A stretch of 54,707 bases of DNA from an uncultured Candidatus Saccharibacteria bacterium (GTDB taxonomy: Bacteria; Patescibacteriota; Minisyncoccia; Phycocordibacterales; UBA918), in assembly GCA_964614265.1 (NCBI GenBank), contig CAZTKT010000001.1:1-54707 (forward strand), read 5' to 3'. The position numbers were made by a program, and so were the translations under genes. Shown here one piece after another: positions 18,294 to 27,656 of this stretch. Positions within the stretch are counted from its first letter, which is position 1. Each line of letters starts with the position of its first letter. The notes under the pieces are model-generated. The model was not told the origin of the DNA. It saw only the letters and a list, made by a program, of their open reading frames with translations, and did not search any database.

Positions 18294-18349
18294 ATGCCCC
18301 CAGTGTACGGCATATTTTTAAAGTATTTGTGAGTTAGTTGGGGATGGTA

Positions 18350-18856
18350 TTAGATGTTCCTCAATCTATATGGAATGCCAAAAAAAGTATCCTCACCAAT
18401 AATTTTTTCGATAATCACTCTGCTTCGATGAGCGCCATAACTTATTTCAATATCACCCTTGCCAGTGCCCAGACACCCAGAATCAGGGTACAGGTTGAGA
18501 GGATACAGGTTGTACGGCTCACCCCACGAGAATCTAATAAAATTTTCTTCGTCTTGAACATCACCCTGCTTACCAGTGTCACTTATTCCCCATACCAGTG
18601 TTACATCTGAGTCGCGAATGTTCTTGACAACTTCTGTAATGATGCGCTCAACCACGTCTTTATGTTCTCTCACTACTCTTCCAACTTCCTCGAGGTTCGG
18701 CAGTTGATCACAAGTTAAATAATGATTCTTGTTGTCATATATCACATTCTCAACGAGTTTAGATAATGGATGTGCCTTACGCTCAACAATGATAGCAATG
18801 ACACCTACTGCAATGAGTACAAGAAGAATGAGCAGAAATACTTTAATTTTAGTCAT
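18350..18856 (-). CDS. N-terminally anchored extracytoplasmic protein, hypothetical
   Basis: 168 aa: MTKIKVFLLILLVLIAVGVIAIIV anchor followed by a soluble domain. No family recognised. Confidence 0.6.
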   Translation of the reverse strand: MTKIKVFLLILLVLIAVGVIAIIVERKAHPLSKLVENVIYDNKNHYLTCDQLPNLEEVGRVVREHKDVVERIITEVVKNIRDSDVTLVWGISDTGKQGDVQDEENFIRFSWGEPYNLYPLNLYPDSGCLGTGKGDIEISYGAHRSRVIIEKIIGEDTFFGIPYRLRNI

Positions 18857-18885
18857 GATATATTTGACCTTAAGCTAATATAAAT

Positions 18886-18922
18886 ATAGCCCCGTCTTCA
18901 CATAAATGGAAGACGGGGCTAT
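18886..18922 (-). terminator. 14-bp stem hairpin downstream of the lipoprotein gene
   Basis: atagccccgtcttc-N9-gaagacggggctat. On the minus strand it is followed by a moderately T-rich tract. Confidence 0.5.
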
Positions 18923-18943
18923 TGTGTGAGGTTTCAGCGCTCG

Positions 18944-19849
18944 TTAGTTGCAGTAGTCATAATGCCACCAACGCACGTACGATACCCACCATGTTGCGAG
19001 ATGCGGCCATATATAACTCAGCACCTCTGGATTGGGCTCGGGAGTCTGTGTCTGCCAAGTCCAATAATTCCTATCTTGATTGGGTTCGAGGATAAGCGCT
19101 TGTGTCCGAAACGCTCCCTGGTTACTGCAGCCCGCGGCGTAGGTGCCGACACTATAGTCGTTCTTATTGCTCAGGCAGGCATAATTCGGAGTTTTGTGAT
19201 AGCCCAATCTTAACAGGGCACTCACTGCCTCACCTCGTGTAGCATATCTCCTGCTTGAGGTGACACGATCGGGACAACGCGCTGGAGCTGCACGACTACT
19301 GCAGTGGTTCCTGGTCACTGCGCTATCTGGAACACTCTCCATTTCCTGGTCATCACCAATCTCGACATCTCCCTCCACGACACGCTGAAAGAATGGCTCG
19401 ATGAAAGAAAAATCTTCCTCCATCACCCCCGGATTCATGTCATCTCCTGCGGCATCAATCAAACGATTATGCACCGACACCAGCTTTTCGGCGAGGACAA
19501 TTGCTTCGGTAGAAACGCCCGCACGAATCGCGCCCTCCGTCGAGAATTGTTGTCTGCCACCCCCATCTGTTTTCACAAAGGGAGTGGCTTCCTCAATTTG
19601 TGCTTGCAAAGCCTGCCCTGTCGCACTTACTGCGGCTGTACTCTGCGTAGTCGGATTTGTTGCTGTAGTCTCGATTTGCCCAGTGGTGGAATCTCCACCT
19701 CCCGAGCACATCGTCAACGTCAATAAGCATGATCCGAGAAGAATGGTTTGTACACAACGCACCCCCCCATCTTCTGTCACCCCCTGCTCGACTGAAACAA
19801 ACATGCAATCGAACATCCTGGTCGAGCCATCATACGCCTTGCTTTTCAC
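18944..19849 (-). CDS. Putative lipoprotein with a Cys/Trp-rich C-terminal domain, hypothetical
   Basis: Lipobox-like LLTLTMC-SGGG. The real start is probably the internal GTG near 19762. The domain order is a Thr-rich linker, a helical region, an acidic tract, then ...NYWTWQTQTPEPNPEVLSYIWPHLATWWVSYVRWWHYDYCN. Confidence 0.6.
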   Translation of the reverse strand: MKSKAYDGSTRMFDCMFVSVEQGVTEDGGVRCVQTILLGSCLLTLTMCSGGGDSTTGQIETTATNPTTQSTAAVSATGQALQAQIEEATPFVKTDGGGRQQFSTEGAIRAGVSTEAIVLAEKLVSVHNRLIDAAGDDMNPGVMEEDFSFIEPFFQRVVEGDVEIGDDQEMESVPDSAVTRNHCSSRAAPARCPDRVTSSRRYATRGEAVSALLRLGYHKTPNYACLSNKNDYSVGTYAAGCSNQGAFRTQALILEPNQDRNYWTWQTQTPEPNPEVLSYIWPHLATWWVSYVRWWHYDYCN

Positions 19850-19985
19850 CTCCTTTGAAAGGACATCGTTTGGTCTCTGGGCAAGAGATTAGCAGAACCC
19901 CCCCCTCATTGTCAAGCGTCCCGCCCACAAAAACTGTTAACGAACTCCGAGCGGCTCGCCCATATATCGGTTACCGTGGCGCCAT

Positions 19986-21173
19986 ATGCATATGGCAACA
20001 AAACAACATATATTCAAGGAGCACCTGAAGGAGTGGCTCTCATGCAGAGGAGATCGGAAGAAGCGGGGTGAGATCACGAAACATATCGTGTATGTGACAA
20101 AGATGCACCAAAATTCGGTCTCGCGGACGTTCAAGCGACTCCAACTGCACGATCCCTGCGCTGAGGAACGACGAGGGCGCAAGACATACTATACCCCAGA
20201 TGTCACCGCAGCTTTGAGGGATATCTGGGAAGCGGGCGACGAGTGTGGCGGAGAGCTTCTGCATCCGCAGATTGCCGAGTTTGTGGCAATACTCATTCGC
20301 GATGGACAGTGGTCGCACTCTGACGAAGCGACTGCCAAACTTCGGGCCATGAGTGAACATACGGTACGGAGACACATTGCGAAGTTTCAGAGAGCAACCG
20401 GAATGCGAAAAGGTCTTTCTTCGACAAAACCCTCAGCACTGAAATCCATCATTCCAATCTTCAAGGGACCCTGGAAGGATCTACCGCCGGGGCACCTGCA
20501 GATCGACACAGTGGCGCACTGCGGGGATACACTACTTGGTGATTTTGTGTACACACTCTCAGCCATTGACGCCTGCGCATATTGGGTTGGCCTCTCTGCG
20601 CAATGGAACAAGGGGCAGGAGGCGACGGTCGACAGCATGCGCAGTATCAAGCACACACTGCCGTTCGTGTGGATCGAAGCACACCCAGATACCGGCAGTG
20701 AGTTCATCAACTGGCACTGCAAAGGATGGTGTGATACAGAGAAGGTACATATGTCACGATCTGAACCAGGAAAGTCCAATGACAATATGTATGTGGAAGA
20801 GCGCAATGGCCATGTGGTGCGCAAGTATCTTGGGTATCGGCGATTTGATTGCCCAACGGTCGTGCTATTGATGAATAACTTCTATCGAGTGCTCGGTCTG
20901 TATCTCAACCACTTTAAGGCGGTCAGACGGCAGGTCTCGCGGGAACGGGTCGGATCGAAATATGTGCGGAAGTATGAAAAAGTTGCACGGACACCGTATC
21001 AACGCGTACTTGAACATCCGGCGATCAACGAGATCGTCAAAAAGAAACTGCGCGCAGAGCATGATGCACTCAACCCGCTTTCACTCAAACGAGAGGTGGA
21101 CAAACTGATCACAATCGTGAACAATCAACAAACGCGCCACGACAAGCGACAGTGTGACTGCTCATTTCGTTAA
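19986..21173 (+). mobile_element. Intact DDE (rve-like) transposase, 395 aa
   Basis: N-terminal HTH region, then LQIDTVAHCG, HPDTGSEFIN and KSNDNMYVEERNGHVVRKYLGY. From memory this resembles ISNCY/ISDol1-like integrase-core transposases; unverified. Confidence 0.75.
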
Positions 21174-21210
21174 CCATTTATTTTGGGCGAGAGCGTCACC
21201 CAGTTCTTTT

Positions 21211-21759
21211 TTACACGGGGACAGGTCCTTGCGCCAAAAGTGTACCCACGAGCATAAAGAATAGAACGAGAACAATGGACAAAAGTACCAGCGTTGTATC
21301 AACCCGTACATGAGACTGCGCATGTACACCTCGAGAGACGGAAACACGATTGCTTCTCTCCAAACACGCGAGGAGAGTGATGGCTGAAGGAAGCACAAAG
21401 AAGCCCATCGCATATGCGGAAGAGTCCACCATTCCACCCGTCAACCACGTCCAAGATATAAGTATACCGACCAATCCAAGAGACCCAATAGAGACTATTC
21501 CAGAAAAAAATGTCACTGAGCGAGAAAAAATCATTGCGAGTCCATCATGACGAACCCCGCCACCTTTCTGTTGCATCTCCAACAGACGTCCGGTGATGAG
21601 TAAGATAATCGCGAGTATCGAGAGAAGTCGGATAAAGGCAAGAGATTCCATAGTGAGTGTTCTGGACAAGAATGCAAATATGCCAGTGACTGCCACCACC
21701 AAAAATACTGCCGTACTCAAGAAAAAGAACAACTCCCCACTATCTTGTATTTTTTTCAT
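21211..21759 (-). CDS. Polytopic membrane protein, hypothetical
   Basis: About 5-6 hydrophobic helices. Start set at MKKIQDSGELFFF. Confidence 0.55.
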   Translation of the reverse strand: MKKIQDSGELFFFLSTAVFLVVAVTGIFAFLSRTLTMESLAFIRLLSILAIILLITGRLLEMQQKGGGVRHDGLAMIFSRSVTFFSGIVSIGSLGLVGILISWTWLTGGMVDSSAYAMGFFVLPSAITLLACLERSNRVSVSRGVHAQSHVRVDTTLVLLSIVLVLFFMLVGTLLAQGPVPV

Positions 21760-21865
21760 ATATTTATGGTAAACATAATATATGAACACAGTACCATGTG
21801 GGAACACTTACACAAGAAGAGAATGGGGGATAATCACATGGTCACATTGTGTGCCTCTGCACTTT

Positions 21866-22195
21866 TTATATCCGGATACGTTCGAAATTGACGATGTGAC
21901 CGCGTGCGTCGATGGAAATTCCTTCTGTTGCATATAATCGCATCCGCTCTTTTCGATGTCCCTCATTCATCCAAATTTTTCCACCAGCATACACAATACG
22001 GTGAAAAGGAATGTCGTGTATGCCACTCTGGTATGCTTTACCAAGGATGCTCGTGATACTTCGAGACGCCATTGGGCCCGCGCCTGCGGCGCGGGCCACA
22101 TCTCCATACGTCGTCACTCGCCCTGCAGGTATACTTCGTACCAACGCAACCACTCGTTCACTAAATGTTTTTACATGCATGGATACACAAGACAT
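21866..22195 (-). CDS. MGMT-fold DNA-binding protein lacking the acceptor cysteine (alkyltransferase-like, ATL-type)
   Basis: IPAGRVTTYGDVA...IPFHRIV, with Phe where the PCHRV cysteine would be. The long ORF 21866-22432 overlaps rpsI, so the start is set at the internal Met (22195 or 22180). Confidence 0.7.
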   Translation of the reverse strand: MSCVSMHVKTFSERVVALVRSIPAGRVTTYGDVARAAGAGPMASRSITSILGKAYQSGIHDIPFHRIVYAGGKIWMNEGHRKERMRLYATEGISIDARGHIVNFERIRI

Positions 22196-22244
22196 GCGTA
22201 TGTTATTAGACCCCCTATGCTTTCTAGGAAGAAAGATATTTATT

Positions 22245-22655
22245 TTACCGCTTTGACCACTGAGGTGCTTTTCTGGCTTTCTTGAGACCAAATTTTCGAC
22301 GTTCCTTGCTTCGTGGGTCGCGCATGAGAAAGCCTGCTTGTTTGAGAGGAATACGACGTTCTGGATCTTCTTTGACAAGCGCTCGTGCGATACCAAGTCG
22401 GATCGCATCTGCATGTCCACGAATACCACCACCGAGTACTTTGACGGTCACGGTATAGTTGCCGGTTGTTTCATTGATTGCAAAAACCGCGAGGACGGTG
22501 TGCTCAAGTGCGGGTGAATGAAAATACTCTGACAGACTTTTATCATTGATAGTGATAGTCTGTTCTTTTGCCGGAGTGAGGCGCACACGTGCAGACGCGG
22601 TCTTTCTTCGTCCGATGCCTTCATGATATCTTGCGAGAAGTTTCTTTTCAGCCAT
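22245..22655 (-). CDS. rpsI: Ribosomal protein S9
   Basis: GRRKTASARVRL...GGGIRGHADAIRLGIARAL...RDPRSKERRKFGLKKARKAPQWSKR. Confidence 0.97.
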   Translation of the reverse strand: MAEKKLLARYHEGIGRRKTASARVRLTPAKEQTITINDKSLSEYFHSPALEHTVLAVFAINETTGNYTVTVKVLGGGIRGHADAIRLGIARALVKEDPERRIPLKQAGFLMRDPRSKERRKFGLKKARKAPQWSKR

Positions 22656-22659
22656 ATAA

Positions 22660-23022
22660 TTATTCTGTTATTGAAAGGTTTTTCATACGAATGCTATGTA
22701 GTTTGTTCTTTGGCAACATACCCGCGATGGTGCGCGTCAGCGCTTCCCCATATCCGCGTCGAGTAGCAAGATGACCGAGCTTCTCGACACGCTGTCCTCC
22801 AGGATACCCGGAGTAGGTTTTGTACGTTGTTTGCTCGCGCTTTTTTTCAGAAATGTCGAGTAGACGGGCATTCGTAACAGTAACCCGTACCGGGAACGCA
22901 ATGTGTTTCGCAAAATCTGGCGAATGCTTACCAAGTAATACTGAGGCAGCTTCGGTCGCAACGATGCCGAGGCGCTTGCCTTGTGCATCGATGGCGTATG
23001 TTGTTTTTGTGATTGGTTGCAT
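22660..23022 (-). CDS. rplM: Ribosomal protein L13
   Basis: IDAQGKRLGIVATEAASVLLGKH...YSGYPGG. Start set at MQPITK. Confidence 0.95.
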   Translation of the reverse strand: MQPITKTTYAIDAQGKRLGIVATEAASVLLGKHSPDFAKHIAFPVRVTVTNARLLDISEKKREQTTYKTYSGYPGGQRVEKLGHLATRRGYGEALTRTIAGMLPKNKLHSIRMKNLSITE

Positions 23023-23041
23023 ATGAGGTGAGCGTTGCGTA

Positions 23042-23392
23042 TTACACAAGTTCGATGACTGCCTCTCGGCGCCCCGAAGTGGTTGGGCCGGTCTTTACGA
23101 CGCGGGTGTATCCACCGGGACGATCAGCATACTCCGTTGCAGTACTAAAAAATTTTTGTACGACTTCTGTAGTTGGTTCACCGAGACGTGAGGAGATGAG
23201 ACGTCGTGCGGAAATGGAATTATCCTTTGCACAGGTGATCAGTCGTTCAATGAATGGTCTGAGCTCCTTTGCCTTTGCTTCGGTCGTGAGGATTTTTCTA
23301 TGAGTGATCAGAGACACCGCAAGACCGCGCAAGAGTGCAGACCTACCTCTTCGGGTGCGTGAAAGAACGCGGTTATGGTTGTGATGTCGCAT
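23042..23392 (-). CDS. rplQ: Ribosomal protein L17
   Basis: MRHHNHNRVLSRTRRGRSALLRGLAVSLITHRKILTTEAKAKELRPFIERLIT. Confidence 0.95.
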   Translation of the reverse strand: MRHHNHNRVLSRTRRGRSALLRGLAVSLITHRKILTTEAKAKELRPFIERLITCAKDNSISARRLISSRLGEPTTEVVQKFFSTATEYADRPGGYTRVVKTGPTTSGRREAVIELV

Positions 23393-23399
23393 ATGATTG

Positions 23400-24368
23400 T
23401 TACTCTTTGAGAGTGACGCCGATTGCACTCAGTACCTCCTCGATTTCCAAGAGCCCTTTTGGTCCAATACCCTCGATCGCAAGGATATCATCTTTTTTCT
23501 TTCGAACAAGCCCACCAACGGTACGGATATTTGCTTCTTCTAAAGCGTGTGCACTTCGGCTTGAGAGATCAAGGCTTTCGATGCGTGTTTTGAGCACGTC
23601 AATTTCATTTTTTGTTTCTGGTGTAGATACTGTCTCAAGTGGTGCTGAGACCGTAAGTAGTGTCTCCTCTGTACTCTCCTGGAAACCAACGATCGCCTTT
23701 AGTTGATGAATCATTATTTCAATCGAACGCTCGAGAGCTTCACGAGGGGTGAGTGAACCATCAGTCTCAATAAAGACTCGAAGACGATTATAGTCAGTTT
23801 GATCACCGACACGCATGTTTTCTACTTCATAGTTGACTCGACGGATGGGGGTAAAGACGGCATCGAGTGCGACCGTGCCGATGTCCACCTTTTCTTTCTG
23901 GTGGACATCTCTTGGTACATAGCCCAATCCACGCTCCACAAGCATTTCGAGCTCAAGAGTAGTGCTTTTTGCGGTAATTTCGGCGACATATTGATCAGGA
24001 TTGAGAATTTCAATTTGACCAGGTGCCTTGATCGCCGAAGCGGTGATGATACCAGGTTGAGATACTTTTAGTGACATCGTCAATGGCTCATCGCTGTGCA
24101 TTGCCATACGAATTCGCTTTAAGTTGAGGACGATGGTTAACATGTCCTCTTTAACACCATCGAGGGCTGAAAATTCATGCTGTACGCCCTCGATCTTTAC
24201 CTGCGTGATAGCTGCACCAAGAAGCGATGAGAGAATGATACGACGAAGCGAATTGCCGAGGGTGTGGCCATATCCCGGATACAGACCATCAATCTCGTAG
24301 ACACCAGAAAAACCTTCTTCGGTGACAATGCGAGGCTTTGATGGTAGTGCAACGTTGGTTTCAAGCAT
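23400..24368 (-). CDS. rpoA: DNA-directed RNA polymerase alpha subunit
   Basis: GYGHTLGNSLRRILLSSL N-terminal domain and a C-terminal domain with LDLSSRSAHALEEANIRTVGGL. Confidence 0.97.
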   Translation of the reverse strand: MLETNVALPSKPRIVTEEGFSGVYEIDGLYPGYGHTLGNSLRRIILSSLLGAAITQVKIEGVQHEFSALDGVKEDMLTIVLNLKRIRMAMHSDEPLTMSLKVSQPGIITASAIKAPGQIEILNPDQYVAEITAKSTTLELEMLVERGLGYVPRDVHQKEKVDIGTVALDAVFTPIRRVNYEVENMRVGDQTDYNRLRVFIETDGSLTPREALERSIEIMIHQLKAIVGFQESTEETLLTVSAPLETVSTPETKNEIDVLKTRIESLDLSSRSAHALEEANIRTVGGLVRKKKDDILAIEGIGPKGLLEIEEVLSAIGVTLKE

Positions 24369-24397
24369 ATGAAATAGTTAGTTTTGTAATCGTTGAC

Positions 24398-25012
24398 TTA
24401 CCTACTGTAATACTCGAATACTTGTTCAAGATCAAAGAGCAGTTCTTGTGCATCATATGACGGGATGGCAGTTAAACTACCAGCAATCTTTCCGGTATCA
24501 AACTGCAACCATGACGGAACACTTTTCCCCTTACTCTCTTCCTCAAGGTTTTGGAAGAGGATTGAACTCTTGCTCCCTTCTCGTACGCCGATAGTCTGAT
24601 TTTTTACTACGTTATATGAAGGAATGGTCACCTTACGTCCATCTACTAAAATGTGCCCATGGGACACCATTTGGCGTGCCAACCGACGAGTCTTCGCGAG
24701 TCCTAAACGATAGACAATATTATCGAGTCGCGACTCAAGACGAAGCATCAGTGTGGTGCTAGGGTTGCTACTCTTATCAACCGATTCTTTGACATACCGT
24801 GATAACTGTCGTTCAGAAATACCGTAGGTGTATCGCATTTTCTGCTTTTCAAGCAACTGACGTTTGTAGTCACTCATGTTGGCCGGTCGTTTCCCTTTGC
24901 TCTTAGTCGTCTTTTGACGTGCTTGCGCAAGTGTAAACCGCTGTGTTTGACACTTCTCAAACACCGCTCCACCAAGGCGCTTACAGATTTTATATTTTGG
25001 TCCAATAATCAT
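24398..25012 (-). CDS. rpsD: Ribosomal protein S4
   Basis: [11 protein letters not shown]...[34 protein letters not shown] (S4 domain). Confidence 0.96.
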   Translation of the reverse strand: MIIGPKYKICKRLGGAVFEKCQTQRFTLAQARQKTTKSKGKRPANMSDYKRQLLEKQKMRYTYGISERQLSRYVKESVDKSSNPSTTLMLRLESRLDNIVYRLGLAKTRRLARQMVSHGHILVDGRKVTIPSYNVVKNQTIGVREGSKSSILFQNLEEESKGKSVPSWLQFDTGKIAGSLTAIPSYDAQELLFDLEQVFEYYSR

Positions 25013-25027
25013 ATAGTGGTATGAAAG

Positions 25028-25459
25028 TTATACTCGTCGCGGCTTTGGCGGTCGAGGGCCATTGTGGGGAACGGGAGTACGATCGCTGATACGAGTGATA
25101 TTGATCCCCTTCCCCGCAAATGCGCGGAGTGCTGATTCGCGCCCAGCACCCACACCACGCACGACTACCACAGCCTCCTTCATGCCCATTTGATGAGCTT
25201 TGTCTCCAATAATTTCGCCTACTTTTGCAGCCGCAAAGGGCGTGCTCTTTCGAGACCCCTTGAAGCCAATTGCGCCACTTGATGCGCTAATCAATGCGTT
25301 TCCCTTCATGTCAGCGAGGGTGAGGATGGTGTTATTAAATGTTGCCAGCACATTGAGTGTGCCAATATCAACTTTTTTCTTTGGGATACGCGAAAGTGCC
25401 TTTGACGCATTTTGCGAGTCTGATCCGCCACTTTTTTTGATGATTCGTTTCTTACCCAT
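25028..25459 (-). CDS. rpsK: Ribosomal protein S11
   Basis: FNNTILTLADMKGNALISASSGAIGFKGSRKSTPFAA...DRTPVPHNGPRPPKPRRV. Confidence 0.97.
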   Translation of the reverse strand: MGKKRIIKKSGGSDSQNASKALSRIPKKKVDIGTLNVLATFNNTILTLADMKGNALISASSGAIGFKGSRKSTPFAAAKVGEIIGDKAHQMGMKEAVVVVRGVGAGRESALRAFAGKGINITRISDRTPVPHNGPRPPKPRRV

Positions 25460-25492
25460 AGGTCGTTACGTGAATGTGCGGTATTGGATCGG

Positions 25493-25870
25493 CTATGTCT
25501 TTTCGAGCTTCCTGCGTCCTGAACCCATTGTCTTCTTGACACCCTTCAGCGTGCGAGCATTGGTACGGGTTCGCTGTCCTCGCACAGGGAGACGTTTGAT
25601 GTGTCGTATTCCACGGTACGACTTGATGTCCTTGAGGCGCTTAATGTTACCGCTAATTTCTCGTCGTAACTCCCCCTCTATAGCAAGGGCCTCTACTTTC
25701 TCGCGTACGCTGTTCTCTTCTGTTGTAGAGAGGTCCGCTGGATGTTTGGTATGTGGAATCTTTGCATCATCCAATATTCGTGCGGCCTGACTTCTCCCGA
25801 CACCATAAATCGTGGTGAGTCCGAAGACAAGTTGCTTACTATCAGGAATAGAGATACCGGCGATACGCAT
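25493..25870 (-). CDS. rpsM: Ribosomal protein S13
   Basis: MRIAGISIPDSKQLVFGLTTIYGVGRS...YRGIRHIKRLPVRGQRTRTNART. Confidence 0.97.
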   Translation of the reverse strand: MRIAGISIPDSKQLVFGLTTIYGVGRSQAARILDDAKIPHTKHPADLSTTEENSVREKVEALAIEGELRREISGNIKRLKDIKSYRGIRHIKRLPVRGQRTRTNARTLKGVKKTMGSGRRKLEKT

Positions 25871-25881
25871 ATAGTTGAATA

Positions 25882-25998
25882 TTATCCTTGTCGTTGCTTA
25901 TGGCGTGGCTTTCGTTTGTTGACCACATAGACGCGTCCTCGTCGGCGCACGATGATATCGTCTGGACTCATTTTTTTGACGGAAGATCGTACTTTCAT
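25882..25998 (-). CDS. rpmJ: Ribosomal protein L36, Cys-less form (below the ORF-track size cutoff)
   Basis: Hand translation gives [38 protein letters not shown]-stop. The gene sits in the canonical position between infA and rpsM. Confidence 0.85.
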   Translation of the reverse strand: MKVRSSVKKMSPDDIIVRRRGRVYVVNKRKPRHKQRQG

Positions 25999-26000
25999 AT

Positions 26001-26219
26001 TTAAAGTCGTTTGGTGATTCGAGCTTTTCCGCCATATGGTTCGGGCACCATACCTACCCGATCGCCAACGAGAACACGTATGCGAAACTTCCTCATCTTG
26101 CCAGCAAGATATGCGAGGGTACGTGAACCATCGTCGAGTATAACCCGAAAAAGCGTATTAGGCAACGCCTCCTCGACTGTTCCATATACGAGGTTGTCTT
26201 CTTTAATTTGGTCTTCCAT
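26001..26219 (-). CDS. infA: Translation initiation factor IF-1
   Basis: [43 protein letters not shown] (S1-like fold). Start set at MEDQIKE. Confidence 0.93.
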   Translation of the reverse strand: MEDQIKEDNLVYGTVEEALPNTLFRVILDDGSRTLAYLAGKMRKFRIRVLVGDRVGMVPEPYGGKARITKRL

Positions 26220-26273
26220 TGGATCAAGCCAGAACAGTCTAACAAATAGGGGGAAAATAGTCAAACGAAGGGG

Positions 26274-27638
26274 CTATTCCTTTGGCGTATCAATAACCTC
26301 AATGATCTTTATTTTCTTCGCATCCTTCGGGAACGACTGTTTCCAGAATGGACGTATGACGGTCGTTGCGCGCTCTATTGCGGGCTGATATTTCAAGAGG
26401 ATGCCCGTGAGGTCTGACTTTGAAGCGCCGACGATGAGTTGACGGAGTTTTTCTTGGTCATAGGTCCACACTATTTTTGCAGTACCAGCCAGGCTGAAAT
26501 CTATTTTATTCCAACTCATCGGTTCACTGTGGACACTCGAAGAAGCATAGGAGAACGCCAATGATTGCGGATCTTCAATACGAACATCCTCATTTTGATA
26601 GCCAACAACGGTATTTTGTGCGACATACCGTGCAAAATCTGCATCCGCAAACATCGGTGCTTCAAGAACGGCATGTTCTTTCAATGTGGCTTGTTTGTCC
26701 CCAGTACTTTCTGACGGGAGCGAGCTGAATCTTATCCGAGCGCCAGCACTATAGACGATGAAGCCTGCTGGTTGTTCGCTTTTGAGTCGTGCAAGAAGTT
26801 TGTCTTTCAGTTCTAATTTTATTGTCTCTGTGGAGCTTGCGAGTACTGATGCTTCTACAATCAATCTGGTTCCCTTAAAACCACCCTGCATCGATGCCTT
26901 TGATTCAGCATACATAGTATCAAACTGCGGACTTCCCTTTAGTCCAGGGATAGTGAAACGGGTTGGTGCGATATTGTATGAGTCTCCTGTCCCATCAGCA
27001 GATACCCTTGTGGTGAGTGTACCGGGTACTTTTTCTTTGGAAGCGTTTGTAGTGTATCCCGGAATAACTACTGAATCAGCAATACGAAACACGTGTCCAT
27101 CTTTTGCCTCAAAGCGGGTACTTTTAATTAATCGTTGCGGTTCGCTACTAAAAGTATTATATATCGTGATTTCGCCCTTTGCTAGTTCTTCCACTTCTTC
27201 AGATCCTGTTGCATCGACGGTTCGTTCTCCCGTCTCCTCAAGTGTCAATAGCTCATAGCCGAGCGTACCGGTATTTGGCTGTTGATATGCAGAAAGTGTC
27301 GCCTGTACGGTCACTGCCTTTGACTTTGGATACACAGTGATCTCTGCTCCTTGGAGAAACAATGTCGCGAGAAATCCAATACCGAAGAATAAAACGATTG
27401 CAATAACGATAAGATGCATCCTCTTGCCTCGAGGCAGTTTGCGTTTCGTGGTTTTCTCTGCCATTTGGTATTCGTCATGATCTGCCATATCTTCTTCTGA
27501 AAGACTTACTGCTGTATGCACGGGTGCAGAGTAGGCACTGGGCGGAACGACATCCTGCATAGGCGATTTTGTGCGTGGGCGCGCACTTCGCTCTGCCGCC
27601 GGACGAATATCTCCTAAATTCCATTTCTGTTGTGCCAT
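26274..27638 (-). CDS. Bitopic membrane protein with a large extracytoplasmic beta-rich domain, hypothetical
   Basis: Cytoplasmic N-terminus, one TM helix (HLIVIAIVLFFGIGFLATLFL), then about 360 aa outside the membrane. No family recognised with confidence. Confidence 0.6.
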   Translation of the reverse strand: MAQQKWNLGDIRPAAERSARPRTKSPMQDVVPPSAYSAPVHTAVSLSEEDMADHDEYQMAEKTTKRKLPRGKRMHLIVIAIVLFFGIGFLATLFLQGAEITVYPKSKAVTVQATLSAYQQPNTGTLGYELLTLEETGERTVDATGSEEVEELAKGEITIYNTFSSEPQRLIKSTRFEAKDGHVFRIADSVVIPGYTTNASKEKVPGTLTTRVSADGTGDSYNIAPTRFTIPGLKGSPQFDTMYAESKASMQGGFKGTRLIVEASVLASSTETIKLELKDKLLARLKSEQPAGFIVYSAGARIRFSSLPSESTGDKQATLKEHAVLEAPMFADADFARYVAQNTVVGYQNEDVRIEDPQSLAFSYASSSVHSEPMSWNKIDFSLAGTAKIVWTYDQEKLRQLIVGASKSDLTGILLKYQPAIERATTVIRPFWKQSFPKDAKKIKIIEVIDTPKE

Positions 27639-27656
27639 GATACCAAAAGTATACAA

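Noticed and set aside
17240-18345. Terminal inverted repeats and a TA target duplication for the IS630-like element
   Set aside because: Only a 6-nt inverted match (cagtgt) was found by eye, which is not enough to call the ends.
25200-25790. A 196-aa plus-strand ORF
   Set aside because: It is antisense to rpsK and rpsM.
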